From assembly GCA_044868695.1 (NCBI GenBank), contig JBIOWP010000141.1, forward strand, positions 1 to 25,071: DNA of 25,071 bases. Reading direction: 5' to 3'. Within the stretch, counting starts at the first letter, position 1, and each line of letters starts with the position of its first letter. Shown one piece after another: positions 1 through 9,285 of the stretch. Under the pieces are notes generated by a model. The model was not told the origin of the DNA. It saw only the letters and a list, made by a program, of their open reading frames with translations, and made no database searches. Made by a program: the position numbers and the translations under genes. This stretch comes from a bacterium. GTDB lineage: Bacteria > Sysuimicrobiota > Sysuimicrobiia > Sysuimicrobiales > Kaftiobacteriaceae.

Positions 1-2
1 TT

Positions 3-1013
3 GACAGTTTCGTCAGCGTCTGCGAGGATTTCCACGAGGGCACCAGCATCACCGACGAGTACACGCCTGATCAGCTCGGCGCGGTGCTCCGCCCGGTGCA
101 CACGGTGGCCGGAGACGGTCTCCAGGGGATCGCCGCCGCGGTTATGCTCATCCGCAGCGGGACCGCCGACCTGGTCGCCGTGGAAGCCCACTGCAAATCC
201 TCGAACATCCTCCGCCACGAGCAGGTGCTGGCCATGGCGCTGGACCCGCTGTACGAGCGACCGCTGCCTGTCACGCCCCATGCGGTCGCCGGGCTGGAGA
301 TGCGCCGGTATCTCCACGAGACGGGAACGACGGAAGAGGCCGTAGCGATGGTGGTCGTCAAGAATCGGCGCCAGGCTCTGGCCAACGCCATCGCGCCCTA
401 CGGTGCCGTGCTCGCGCCTGAGGACGTCCTGGTCTCGCCCCCGGTCAGCGAACCGCTGCGGGAGCGCGAGATCAGTCGCTATGCCGACGGGGCGGTCGTC
501 GTGGTGGTGGCCTCCGAAGACGCGGCGCGCCGTGTGCGCCATCCGGTCTGGATTCGCGGGATCGGATGGGCTTCAGATACGCCGGATCTGGCGTCGCGCG
601 CCTGGGGCCAGGCGTCGTACGCGTCGCTCGCGGCGGAGATGGCCTATCGCATGGCCGGGATCGACCAGCCGGCCCAGTCCATTCAATTCGCTGAAATCGA
701 CGACACGTACGCGTACAAGGAACTGCAGCACCTCGAGGCCGCACAGCTCGCCGCCCGCGGCGAGGCGGCCCGCATGACGCTGGATGGTCACACGCGGCGG
801 GACGGCAAACTGCCGGTCAATCCCTCCGGCGGCAGCCTGGGGATGGGGTATTGCTTTGACGCGACCGCCCTCTACCGCGTCGCAGAAGCGGCGCGCCAGA
901 TCCGCGGCGAAGCGGGACGCGCACAGGTCGCCAACGCCACCACAGGACTCGTGATGTCGTGGCGCGGCATACCGACGCAATCCGGCGGCGTGATGGTGCT
1001 GAGTGCAGACTGA
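3..1013 (+). CDS. SCP2-type thiolase-fold protein, Ltp4-like, 5'-truncated by the window edge
   Basis: Frame is open from position 3 (DSFVSVCEDFHEGTSITDEYTPDQLGAVLRPVHTVAGDG...). Motifs VKNR, ADGAVVVV, EIDDTY and VNPSGGSLG fit the non-canonical thiolase family; no Cys at the nucleophile position. Confidence 0.85.
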   Translation, partial: DSFVSVCEDFHEGTSITDEYTPDQLGAVLRPVHTVAGDGLQGIAAAVMLIRSGTADLVAVEAHCKSSNILRHEQVLAMALDPLYERPLPVTPHAVAGLEMRRYLHETGTTEEAVAMVVVKNRRQALANAIAPYGAVLAPEDVLVSPPVSEPLREREISRYADGAVVVVVASEDAARRVRHPVWIRGIGWASDTPDLASRAWGQASYASLAAEMAYRMAGIDQPAQSIQFAEIDDTYAYKELQHLEAAQLAARGEAARMTLDGHTRRDGKLPVNPSGGSLGMGYCFDATALYRVAEAARQIRGEAGRAQVANATTGLVMSWRGIPTQSGGVMVLSAD

Positions 1014-1021
1014 ACAAATAC

Positions 1022-1049
1022 GGGACTAGGGAACGGGGACTAGGGACTG
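1022..1049 (+). repeat. 4 x 7-bp tandem repeat GGGA(C/A)(T/C)N in the intergenic/RBS region
   Basis: GGGACTA GGGAACG GGGACTA GGGACTG read directly. Confidence 0.75.
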
Positions 1050-2224
1050 TGAAACGAAAACCTCAGCGTAGGGTCGCCGTCGTCGGAGCGGGTCTCAGTT
1101 TGTTCATGCGGCGGGCGCTGGAGACCGGCAAGGAACTCTCCTACTACGCCGCCTCACAGGCGCTCGGCGCGGCAGGGATCCGCCTCAAGGACATCCAGGC
1201 CGTCGTGATGGCCACGGCTCCCGACGCCTTCGACGGCATCCACATGAAGGGGGAGTGGCTGCTGGACGGCGCCGGCGGCGTGCGCAAACCGTACCTGCGC
1301 GCATATGTCGGCGGAGGGTCGGGGGTCTTCAGCATCATCAGCGGCTGGATGATGGTTGCCTCAGGACTGTTCGACCTCGTGCTGGTTGTCGCAGAGGAGA
1401 AGATGAGCAGCTGCCAGCCCCACCCCCAGGGCGCGTTCTTGACCATCTTCGATCACATCATCGAGCGCCCGCTCCGTCCGAATCTGCTGTGGATCTTCGC
1501 GCTCGAGCAGCACCGTTACATGGCCACGTACGGCATCCGCAACGAAGATATCGCGCTCGTGTCCGTGAAAAACAAGCGCAACGCCCTGGCCCATCCCGCG
1601 GCCCAGGTCGCATCGGAACTGACAGTGAAAGAGGTCCTCGACTCCGAGGTGGTCGCCTGGCCGGTACACCGGTTGATGGTCAGCCCGATCTCAGACGGTG
1701 CCGCGGCCGTCGTCCTGGCCGCCGACCACGTCGCCCAGCGTCTCTCCGACAAACCGGTGTGGATCCAGGGCGTCGGGTGGTGCCTGGACACGTCCTACTG
1801 GGGCAACCGCGACCTGGCCTACCCGCGCTACGTTGAGCGCGCTGCTCGGACGGCATATGAAATGGCGGGGGTGAGCGAACCCCGTGCGCAGATCCATATC
1901 GCCGAGCCCTATGACCCGTTCGCCTACAAAGAGCTTCACCACCTGGAAGGCCTGCAGCTGGCCGGCAAGGGCAAGGCGCCGGAGGACCTGGCACGGGGGC
2001 GGTTTGACCGGTCGGGAGCGCTGCCGGTCTGCCCGTCCGGCGGGCTGATGGGCGTGGGGAACCCGATCGCGGCGGCCGGCCTGATGAAGATCTGCGAACT
2101 CTTCTGGCAGCTGCGACACGAAGCCGGTGCGCGGCAGGTGCCCGGCAACCCGGAGCGCGCCGTCGCGCAGGCGTGGGGAGACCTGATGCAGATCGGTACG
2201 GTCGCGGTGCTCGGGGTCCAGTGA
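1049..2224 (+). CDS. SCP2-type thiolase-fold protein, Ltp3-like
   Basis: GTG at 1049 precedes RRVAVVGAG. Motifs APDAFDG, VKNKRNA, SDGAAAVV, EPYDPF, CPSGGLMGVGNPI; the Cys site reads YVGGGSG. Confidence 0.85.
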   Translation: MKRKPQRRVAVVGAGLSLFMRRALETGKELSYYAASQALGAAGIRLKDIQAVVMATAPDAFDGIHMKGEWLLDGAGGVRKPYLRAYVGGGSGVFSIISGWMMVASGLFDLVLVVAEEKMSSCQPHPQGAFLTIFDHIIERPLRPNLLWIFALEQHRYMATYGIRNEDIALVSVKNKRNALAHPAAQVASELTVKEVLDSEVVAWPVHRLMVSPISDGAAAVVLAADHVAQRLSDKPVWIQGVGWCLDTSYWGNRDLAYPRYVERAARTAYEMAGVSEPRAQIHIAEPYDPFAYKELHHLEGLQLAGKGKAPEDLARGRFDRSGALPVCPSGGLMGVGNPIAAAGLMKICELFWQLRHEAGARQVPGNPERAVAQAWGDLMQIGTVAVLGVQ

Positions 2225-2748
2225 TGGGCCGCCATCTCCGCGGACACCCATTGAGCGAAGAGGCGTTCCGGCGCGAGGTCGTGACGGTGCCGTGGGCGCC
2301 CGCCCTGGAATACGCCTGGGACGCCGGAACGGCGATCAGCCGGTTCCTGGATGGCTTGCAGCGGGGAGTGATCTACGGCGTGCGCTGCGCCCAGTGCGGG
2401 AGGACCGTGACACCGCCGCGAGCGTTTTGCGAGCTGGACTTCAAGCCGATGGACGAATGGGTGGAACTCCCGGACACCGGCACGGTCAACACGTTCTCGA
2501 TCTGTTATGTGACCTGGGACATGAAGCCGCTGCGGATCCCCCAACTTCCGGCGGTGATCGAGATCGACGGCACGAGCCCCCGCGCCGGGTTTCTCCATCT
2601 CGTGGGTGGAGTGTCCGGCCGTACGGTCGAGGCGATCTGCCGCCGCGTACGGGTGGGGATGAGCGTGCGGGCGGTGTGGAAGCCGCCGGCGAAACGGGAA
2701 GGCGCGATTACGGACATTCTGTACTTCACACCGGTGAACAAGCGGTGA
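2224..2748 (+). CDS. DUF35-family Zn-ribbon/OB-fold protein
   Basis: ATG overlaps the upstream TGA. Contains CAQC...PPRAFCELD, GTVNTFS and VRVGMSVRAVW. Confidence 0.88.
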   Translation: MGRHLRGHPLSEEAFRREVVTVPWAPALEYAWDAGTAISRFLDGLQRGVIYGVRCAQCGRTVTPPRAFCELDFKPMDEWVELPDTGTVNTFSICYVTWDMKPLRIPQLPAVIEIDGTSPRAGFLHLVGGVSGRTVEAICRRVRVGMSVRAVWKPPAKREGAITDILYFTPVNKR

Positions 2749-3254
2749 CAGGGAAGGCCGTAGGCGGAAGGTGGAAGGCGGCGCCCCGTGTGTGGCGCGG
2801 CGAGATGCCTGTGCAGTTCCTCTACACGGCCGGCGTGGCGGGTCAGCGGTTCTTCGACACCCTGCGCACCCGCGGGCGGCTGGCTATGACGCGGTGTACC
2901 GAATGCCAGGTGACCTACCTTCCGCCGCGTCTCTACTGCGAACGCTGTTTCGCCGATCTCTCGGATACGTGGGCGGAGGTGACCCCGACCGGCCGCGTTC
3001 ATACTTTCACGGTGGCGCACTTCGATCAGGACGGCCGCCCGCTCGAACCTCCCGCTGTTGTGGCGTGTGTCAGGATCGACGGCACCGACGGCGGTCTGCT
3101 GGGACGCCTGCTGAACATGCGCCCGCAAGATGTCAGGCTGGAGATGCCGGTTGAAGCCGTGCTCCTACCGGCGCGACGGCGCCGGGGGACGATGGCGGAC
3201 ATCGCCGGGTTTGCGCCGCGAAGAGAGCTGGCGCCGGCCCGGGCCCGCCGGTAA
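2745..3254 (+). CDS. DUF35-family Zn-ribbon/OB-fold protein (second copy)
   Basis: GTGA overlap with the previous stop (a later start is possible). Contains CTEC...PPRLYCERC, GRVHTFT and VRLEMPVEAV. Confidence 0.88.
   Translation: MTGKAVGGRWKAAPRVWRGEMPVQFLYTAGVAGQRFFDTLRTRGRLAMTRCTECQVTYLPPRLYCERCFADLSDTWAEVTPTGRVHTFTVAHFDQDGRPLEPPAVVACVRIDGTDGGLLGRLLNMRPQDVRLEMPVEAVLLPARRRRGTMADIAGFAPRRELAPARARR
2752..2779 (+). repeat. 4 x 7-bp imperfect tandem repeat (GGAAGGC)
   Basis: GGAAGGC CGTAGGC GGAAGGT GGAAGGC read directly. Confidence 0.6.
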
Positions 3255-3259
3255 TCCTC

Positions 3260-4075
3260 GTGGTGCCGACCGCGGCCATGCTGGTCGTCGCCGTGGCGGC
3301 GGCAACCGTCCTGTTGCGGACGGGTTTTGTTCGGTTCCGGCGCCGGCTGCGCGATTACCTCACGCGCACGGGCGAGATCGAATGGCGCCACGATACCATG
3401 GCGGGGGGCGTCTGCGCCGTCCTTGGATACGAACTGGAACTCGACCTCCTCGGCACCTTCGCCTACCGCTGGCGGCGGGGAGCCGATGAGGCGCACCTGT
3501 TCGCAGATCTGGCGAAGGCGCTGCGGGAGAAGGTCCCTCCGGTCACTGCCCCACCCTTTCCGCTCGTCCGCGACCGCATCTTCCCTTTGCTCAAGCGGAC
3601 CTCATCGCTCCCCGCCACGGAGGGCTATGCGGTCGAGAACCGGATCGTGCGCCGTCCGCTGGACGAGGACGTCTGCGTCGCCTACGTCATCGAAGGCCAG
3701 CACCGGTTCACGTATGTCACCGAGGGCATGCAGGCGGCCTGGGGCATCGGCGGCGACGCGCTGGACGGGGTGGCGCTGAGCAACCTGCGCGCGCGGACGC
3801 GCCTCATTCTTGAAGAAATCGGCGGACCCCGCACCGAGTATGTGTCGTTGGACGGACTCGACGCGGCCAGGGCGCTGGTGAGTGAGTTGATCATCCCCGC
3901 CGGGATCGACCAGCCGCTGCTGGCCGTCCCTCACGAACACGCCTGTCTCATCGCGGGCGCCGCCGAGCGGCCCCGGCTGGCAGCGCAGGCGCAGGAGATG
4001 TTCGAGACGGCGAGGGTCCCGCTGTCCCCCCGGCTCTATCGTGCGACGCCGGCGGGACTGGTGCCGGTCGAATAG
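3260..4075 (+). CDS. Membrane-anchored DUF1444 (YtpQ)-like protein
   Basis: Hydrophobic N-terminus. DRIFPLLK, VAYVIE, ALSNL, DGLDAARAL, AVPH and PLSP resemble DUF1444-family motifs. Confidence 0.6.
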   Translation: MVPTAAMLVVAVAAATVLLRTGFVRFRRRLRDYLTRTGEIEWRHDTMAGGVCAVLGYELELDLLGTFAYRWRRGADEAHLFADLAKALREKVPPVTAPPFPLVRDRIFPLLKRTSSLPATEGYAVENRIVRRPLDEDVCVAYVIEGQHRFTYVTEGMQAAWGIGGDALDGVALSNLRARTRLILEEIGGPRTEYVSLDGLDAARALVSELIIPAGIDQPLLAVPHEHACLIAGAAERPRLAAQAQEMFETARVPLSPRLYRATPAGLVPVE

Positions 4076-4917
4076 TCATAAAACCCGCGCCCGGTCTTCC
4101 GCCCGTGGAGGCCCGACAGCACCATCTGCTTCATCAGAGGGGGTGCGGCGTACCGGGCATCCTTGAACTCCTGGAACATGGCTTCTGCGATGTAATAGGT
4201 CGTATCAATCCCCACGTAGTCCAGCAATGTCAGCGGTCCCATCGGGTGCGCCAGGCCCAGCTGCACCGCGGTGTCGATATCTTCCCTGGTCGCGATCCCC
4301 AGGTCCAGCGCCCGGACGGCGTCGAGCAGGTACGGCACCAGCAGAAAGTTGACGATGAATCCCGGGCTGTCCTTGCACACCACCACCGTCTTTCCCAACG
4401 ACTCGGCGAAGCGGCGGCCGGCAGCCATCGACGCGTCCGACGTCTGCAGCCCCCGCACCAGCTCCACCAGTTTCATCACCGGGACCGGGTTGAAAAAGTG
4501 CATCCCCAGGAACCTGTCCCCTCGACCCGTGACCGACGCCATCTCGGTAATGGACAGCGACGAAGTGTTGCTGGCGAACAGCGCGGCCTGGTGACAGAGG
4601 CGGTCGAGCTCGCGAAAGACCGTTTTCTTGGCCTCCATCTGCTCCACCACGGCCTCAAGGATCAGGTCCGCTCCGGCCAGATCCTCCAGCCGCGTGGTTC
4701 CAGTGATGCGGCCGCGGGCGGCCCGCGCGTCGTCGGCGCCGAGCTTCCCCCGCTGGACGCCGCGCTGCAGCGAATTCTCGACCCGGGCCAGCCCCTTGGC
4801 CAGCAGATCCGCATTCACTTCCCGGACGATCACGGCATACCCGTTGCGCGCGCAGACCTCTGCGATCCCCGATCCCATGAGACCGCATCCGACCACTCCG
4901 ACCTTCGTGATTTCCAT
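4036..4917 (-). CDS. 3-hydroxybutyryl-CoA / 3-hydroxyacyl-CoA dehydrogenase
   Basis: GCGLMGSGIA Rossmann motif, EAVVE, SNTSSL, GMHFFNP, PMGPL, GRKTGRGFY. Confidence 0.93.
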   Translation of the reverse strand: MEITKVGVVGCGLMGSGIAEVCARNGYAVIVREVNADLLAKGLARVENSLQRGVQRGKLGADDARAARGRITGTTRLEDLAGADLILEAVVEQMEAKKTVFRELDRLCHQAALFASNTSSLSITEMASVTGRGDRFLGMHFFNPVPVMKLVELVRGLQTSDASMAAGRRFAESLGKTVVVCKDSPGFIVNFLLVPYLLDAVRALDLGIATREDIDTAVQLGLAHPMGPLTLLDYVGIDTTYYIAEAMFQEFKDARYAAPPLMKQMVLSGLHGRKTGRGFYDYSTGTSPAGVAR

Positions 4918-4962
4918 CGGCGCCTCCGTCGTTCTCCCGTCACTGCGTGTCAGCCAGCCAGG

Positions 4963-6270
4963 CTACGCGATCACCTCATGGATGAGAGGCCGCCTCGCGG
5001 GAGGCTGCGGGGCCACGCGATACGCGGCCCGGACGCGCGCGACGGCGTCGGCTCCCCTGGTGCCATCGCGGGCGTGGACGGTGGCCAGCGGCTCGCGCGG
5101 GCCGACCCGGTCGCCGACCTTCTTGCCGAGCACGATGCCGACTGCCGGATCGATGCGATCGTCCCTCGTCGCCCGCCCTGCGCCCAATCCCATGGCCGCA
5201 CGCCCCAAGGCTTCCGCGTCGATACCGGCGACATGACCGGCGCCCGGAGGGTCGACCGGCAGCTGCAGCGGCGCGGCCGGCAGCGCGCGGACGTCCTCGA
5301 CCATGCGGCGGTCCCCTCCTTGCGCTGCGACCATCTCCCCAAACTTCTGCAGAGCGTTCCCACCGTCGAGCAGCCTTTCGAGCACCGCTCTGCCCTCCGC
5401 CGCGCCCGCCGCCACTCCGGCCAGCACGAGCATCTGCGCCCCCAGCGCCAGGCAGAGCTCGCGCAGATCGGCCGGACCCTCCCCGCGCAGCGTCTCTACG
5501 GCCTCAGCCACCTCGAGCGCGTTGCCGACGGCACGGCCCAGCGGCTGGTCCATGTCACTGATCAGGGCCACCGTGCGCCGGTGGGCCCGCCCCCCAATAT
5601 CCACCATCGTCTGTGCGAGCTCCCGCGCGCCGGCCAGCGTCTTCATGAACGCGCCGCTCCCGGTCTTCACATCCAGCACGATGGCGTCGGACCCGCCGGC
5701 GATCTTCTTGCTCATCACGCTGGCCGCGATCAACGGGATGCTGTCGACCGTCGCCGTCACATCCCGCAGGGCGTAGAGTTTCTTGTCCGCCGGCACCAGG
5801 TCTTTGGTGGTCCCCGCGATGGCGCAGCCCACCGTGTTCACCTGATCGATCAACACCCGCGTGGCCATCTCGGTCCGGAACCCCGCGATCGATTCGAGCT
5901 TGTCGATGGTGCCGCCGGTGTGGCCCAGCCCGCGGCCGGAGAGTTTCGCGACCGGCGCGCCGGCCGCCGCCACCAGGGGGATCAGAACCAGCGACGTCTT
6001 GTCGCCCACCCCACCGGTGCTGTGCTTGTCCACCTTGATCCCTCGGATCCCGCTGAGATCCAACGTCTCCCCAGACCGCACCATCGCCATCGTGAACTCG
6101 GCCGTCTCCGGAGGCGACATGCCCCGGAAGTACACCGCCATGAGGAATGCGCTCATCTGATAGTCTGGGATGTCCCCGACGAGATACCCTCCGAGGAGCG
6201 CGTCGATCTCTTCCGCGGTCAGCTCCCCGCCGTCGCGCTTCTTGTGAATGAACTCGTCGGCGCGGGCCAC
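4963..6270 (-). CDS. pdp: Pyrimidine-nucleoside / thymidine phosphorylase
   Basis: KKRDG, DKHSTGGVGDK, SGRGLGHTGGT, LDVKTGSGAFMK. Confidence 0.95.
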   Translation of the reverse strand: MARADEFIHKKRDGGELTAEEIDALLGGYLVGDIPDYQMSAFLMAVYFRGMSPPETAEFTMAMVRSGETLDLSGIRGIKVDKHSTGGVGDKTSLVLIPLVAAAGAPVAKLSGRGLGHTGGTIDKLESIAGFRTEMATRVLIDQVNTVGCAIAGTTKDLVPADKKLYALRDVTATVDSIPLIAASVMSKKIAGGSDAIVLDVKTGSGAFMKTLAGARELAQTMVDIGGRAHRRTVALISDMDQPLGRAVGNALEVAEAVETLRGEGPADLRELCLALGAQMLVLAGVAAGAAEGRAVLERLLDGGNALQKFGEMVAAQGGDRRMVEDVRALPAAPLQLPVDPPGAGHVAGIDAEALGRAAMGLGAGRATRDDRIDPAVGIVLGKKVGDRVGPREPLATVHARDGTRGADAVARVRAAYRVAPQPPARRPLIHEVIA

Positions 6271-6289
6271 GAAGGTCAGCCGGGATCCC

Positions 6290-7123
6290 TCACAGGGTCA
6301 TCTCGCGCACGATCCGTTTCACCAGCCGGATGAACGCCGGCTCAACCTGCCTGGCGACGGCAATGACCTCTTCGTGCGATACTGGCGCGACGTGCTCCCC
6401 GGTCGCCATGTCGGTCACGGCGGTGATGCCGAGCACTCGCATCCCCATGTGCCGCGCGGCAATCACCTCGGGTACCGTGGACATCCCGACCGCGTCGGCG
6501 CCCCACCCCCGCAGCATCCGCAGCTCGGCCGGTGTCTCGTAACTTGGCCCATGCACGCCCACGTAGATTCCCTTGCGCACGGCGATGCCCTCCGACGCCG
6601 CGGCTCGTTCAGCCAGCGCGATCAGGACAGGATCGTAGGCCTGCGACATGTCGGGGAAGCGCGGGCCGAGCGCGGGGTCATTGGGTCCCATCAGCGGGTT
6701 CCCGCCCATGAAGTTGATGTGGTCCGAGATGATCATGAGGTCGCCGGCGGACCACTGGCGGTTGATCCCTCCGGCGGCGTTGCTCACCAGCAGCACGCGC
6801 GCGCCCAGCGCCCGCATCACGCGGACCGGGAAGACCACGTCGGCGAGCGGGCGGCCTTCGTAGTAGTGCACCCGGCCCTGCATCGCGACGACCGCCTTGC
6901 CTTCCAGGCGGCCGGCGATGAGATTGCCGGCGTGCCCCTCGACCGTGGCGCGCGGGAACCCCGGGATCTCGGCGTACGGAATTGTCGCCTCGGCCCGGAT
7001 CTCCCCGGCCAGGGCTCCCAGACCCGATCCCAGGATGATCGCGAGGTCCGGAGACACCCTGGCCCGGCCCCGGACAAGTGCTGCGGCTTGCTCGATCTGC
7101 TGTCTCAGCTCCACGGATCTCAC
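6290..7123 (-). CDS. punA: Purine-nucleoside phosphorylase (trimeric type)
   Basis: ILGSGLG, GRVHYYEG, NAAGG, GPSYETPAE, VGMSTVPE. Confidence 0.93.
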   Translation of the reverse strand: MRSVELRQQIEQAAALVRGRARVSPDLAIILGSGLGALAGEIRAEATIPYAEIPGFPRATVEGHAGNLIAGRLEGKAVVAMQGRVHYYEGRPLADVVFPVRVMRALGARVLLVSNAAGGINRQWSAGDLMIISDHINFMGGNPLMGPNDPALGPRFPDMSQAYDPVLIALAERAAASEGIAVRKGIYVGVHGPSYETPAELRMLRGWGADAVGMSTVPEVIAARHMGMRVLGITAVTDMATGEHVAPVSHEEVIAVARQVEPAFIRLVKRIVREMTL

Positions 7124-7136
7124 CCGACTGTAGACA

Positions 7137-8312
7137 TCATGTTGTCAGAAGAGGAAGGACGCTCGTCCCGGGTCCCTCCCAGGGGATGTTCAGGGCTTGG
7201 GCCACGGTCGCACCCACATCGGCAAAGGTCTCCCGCACGCCGAGGTCCCGACTGCGAACCCGCGGCCCGGCGATCAGCAGCGGCGTGTATTCGCGGGAGT
7301 GGTCGGTGCTGGTTGTGGTTGGGTCGTTCCCGTGGTCGGCGGTCACCACCAGCAGGTCTCCGTCGTGGAGCCGCTGGAGGATCTGCGGCAACGCGGCGTC
7401 GATGGCCTCCAGGTCCTGCGCGTACCCGTGCGCATCGTTGCGATGCCCGTACCTGGAATCCAAGTCGACCAGGTTGGTGAAGATGATCCCGCGCTGCGCA
7501 CCCGCCATCGCCGCGGCCGTCTGCGCGACCCCGTCCAGATCGTCGTGCGTGTGGACCGTCCGCGTCACGCCGCGGCCCGCAAACAGATCGGGGATTTTCC
7601 CGATTCCCACCACCTCGATGCTCCGAGCCACCGCCGTGTCGAGCACGGTGGGGGCCGGCGGAGGCAGCGAGAAATCTCGGCGGCGGTCGGTGCGCGTGTA
7701 GGCGCCGGCGGACCCCACAAACGGCCGGGCAATGACGCGGGCGACGCCGTGCGTCCCGGTCAGCAGCCGCCGTGCCGCGGCGCAGATCTCATAGAGACGG
7801 GCCACGGGAATGGTATCTTCGTGCGCGGCAATTTGAAAGACGCTGTCGGCCGATGTGTAAACGATCGGGTAGCCGGTGCGCTGATGCTCCGGACCCAGCC
7901 GCGCGATGATGTCCGTGCCTGATGCCACCTCATTGCCCAGCGTCTTCGTCCCGGTGGCCCGTTCCACGTCCGCGATGAGCTCCCGCGGAAAGCCTCGTGG
8001 ATACGTTGGAAATGGGCGTTCCAGGATGACCCCCATCAGCTCCCAGTGACCCGTCGTTGAGTCTTTTCCCGCGGACCGCTCGGCCAGTTTCCCAAACGCG
8101 CCCCGCGGATCGGGCACGGACCGGACTCCGTCGATCGGGACGATGCGGCCCAGGCCGAGGGCCTCCAGGTGAGGCATGCGGAGCCCGCCGACGGCGCGCG
8201 CGACGTGCGGAATGGTGCTGCTCCCGGCGTCCCCATACCGCCCGGCGTCGGGGAGTTCTCCCACTCCGGCGCTGTCCAGCACGAGGATGACGGCTCGATC
8301 GAACCGGGACAC
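7137..8312 (-). CDS. deoB: Phosphopentomutase
   Basis: [56 protein letters not shown] start at 8312 chosen to avoid overlap with xerD. Confidence 0.95.
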   Translation of the reverse strand: MSRFDRAVILVLDSAGVGELPDAGRYGDAGSSTIPHVARAVGGLRMPHLEALGLGRIVPIDGVRSVPDPRGAFGKLAERSAGKDSTTGHWELMGVILERPFPTYPRGFPRELIADVERATGTKTLGNEVASGTDIIARLGPEHQRTGYPIVYTSADSVFQIAAHEDTIPVARLYEICAAARRLLTGTHGVARVIARPFVGSAGAYTRTDRRRDFSLPPPAPTVLDTAVARSIEVVGIGKIPDLFAGRGVTRTVHTHDDLDGVAQTAAAMAGAQRGIIFTNLVDLDSRYGHRNDAHGYAQDLEAIDAALPQILQRLHDGDLLVVTADHGNDPTTTSTDHSREYTPLLIAGPRVRSRDLGVRETFADVGATVAQALNIPWEGPGTSVLPLLTT

Positions 8313-8322
8313 GGAGATGAGG

Positions 8323-9285
8323 TTACCGTCTCTGCGACTTTCTGCGCGCCGGCGTGTTCGAGATGCGCATCCCATCGCGGGGATGACTCTGCCGGTAGAC
8401 CTCGCGGAGCCGCTCGCGGGTCACGTGCGTATAGACCTGGGTCGTTCCGATGCTGGCGTGTCCGAGCATCTCCTGTACGGCCCGCAGGTCGGCGCCGCGC
8501 TCCAGCAGGTGCGTGGCAAATGAGTGGCGGAGCATATGCGGGGTCAGCGGCCGGGAGAGCCCGGCGCGGCGCGCGTGCCCGCGGATCAGCTTCCAGCACC
8601 CCTGACGCGTCAGGCGGCGGCCCAACCGGCTCACAAACAGCGCCTGGGTGCTTCGGCCACGCGCCAGCCTGGGACGCGCCTGCCCCAGATAGGCCCGCAA
8701 CGCTCTCACGGCCTGGCTGCCCACAGGCACGATGCGCTCCTTGCCGCCTTTGCCCAGACAGCGCACGACCTCATGGGCCAGGTCGATGTCCCCCAGATCC
8801 AGTCCCATGGTTTCCGAGACCCGCAGGCCGCTCGCATACATCAACTCCAGCATTGCCCGGTCCCGGACTCCTTCAGGCGTTGACGGATCCGGCGCGGCGA
8901 GCACACGCTCCACGTCGTCCAGCGTCAGCACGCGGGGCAGGCGGCGGGGCAGTCTGGGAGGCGCAAGATCGAGCGTCGGGTCGTGGCGCAGCTCGCCCTC
9001 GCGCAGCAGGAACCTGTACAGCGACCGGATGGCGGCCGTCCGGCGTTTGATGGTGGAGGCGGCCCGTCCGCGGCGGCGCAGCCCGAGCAGGTATACCGTG
9101 ATAGTCGCGCGGTGGACTTTCCCCGGAACGGCCACGCCGCGCGCGGACACGGACGCGGCAAAGTCGGCGAGGTCGCGCCGGTAGGCTTCCACCGACCGGG
9201 GAGCCAGGCCCTGCTCGGTCAGGGCATGGGTCAGGAAGCCGTCGATGGCGTGCGCGAAGGCGTCGGGGATGGCTGCCGCCGTCAT
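8323..9285 (-). CDS. xerD: Site-specific tyrosine recombinase XerD
   Basis: [38 protein letters not shown]; sits in the nudF-xerD-deoB context. Confidence 0.92.
   Translation of the reverse strand: MTAAAIPDAFAHAIDGFLTHALTEQGLAPRSVEAYRRDLADFAASVSARGVAVPGKVHRATITVYLLGLRRRGRAASTIKRRTAAIRSLYRFLLREGELRHDPTLDLAPPRLPRRLPRVLTLDDVERVLAAPDPSTPEGVRDRAMLELMYASGLRVSETMGLDLGDIDLAHEVVRCLGKGGKERIVPVGSQAVRALRAYLGQARPRLARGRSTQALFVSRLGRRLTRQGCWKLIRGHARRAGLSRPLTPHMLRHSFATHLLERGADLRAVQEMLGHASIGTTQVYTHVTRERLREVYRQSHPRDGMRISNTPARRKSQRR

Noticed and set aside
959..1048. ORF-track N-terminal extensions (also for both DUF35 genes, deoB, ilvE, acyP, nusB, the peptidase and pilN)
   Set aside because: They overlap neighbouring genes or regulatory DNA; downstream starts fit RBS, stop/start overlaps and family N-termini better.
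4105..6333. 742-aa + strand ORF (similarly 6248-7480, 9423-10913, 10693-11745 and 13797-15014)
   Set aside because: Antisense shadows of well-supported minus-strand genes, expected with high-GC codon bias; no recognisable motifs.
8323..9285. Tyrosine recombinase as the integrase of a mobile element
   Set aside because: XerD-like sequence in its usual housekeeping context; no att repeats, tRNA target or cargo genes seen.
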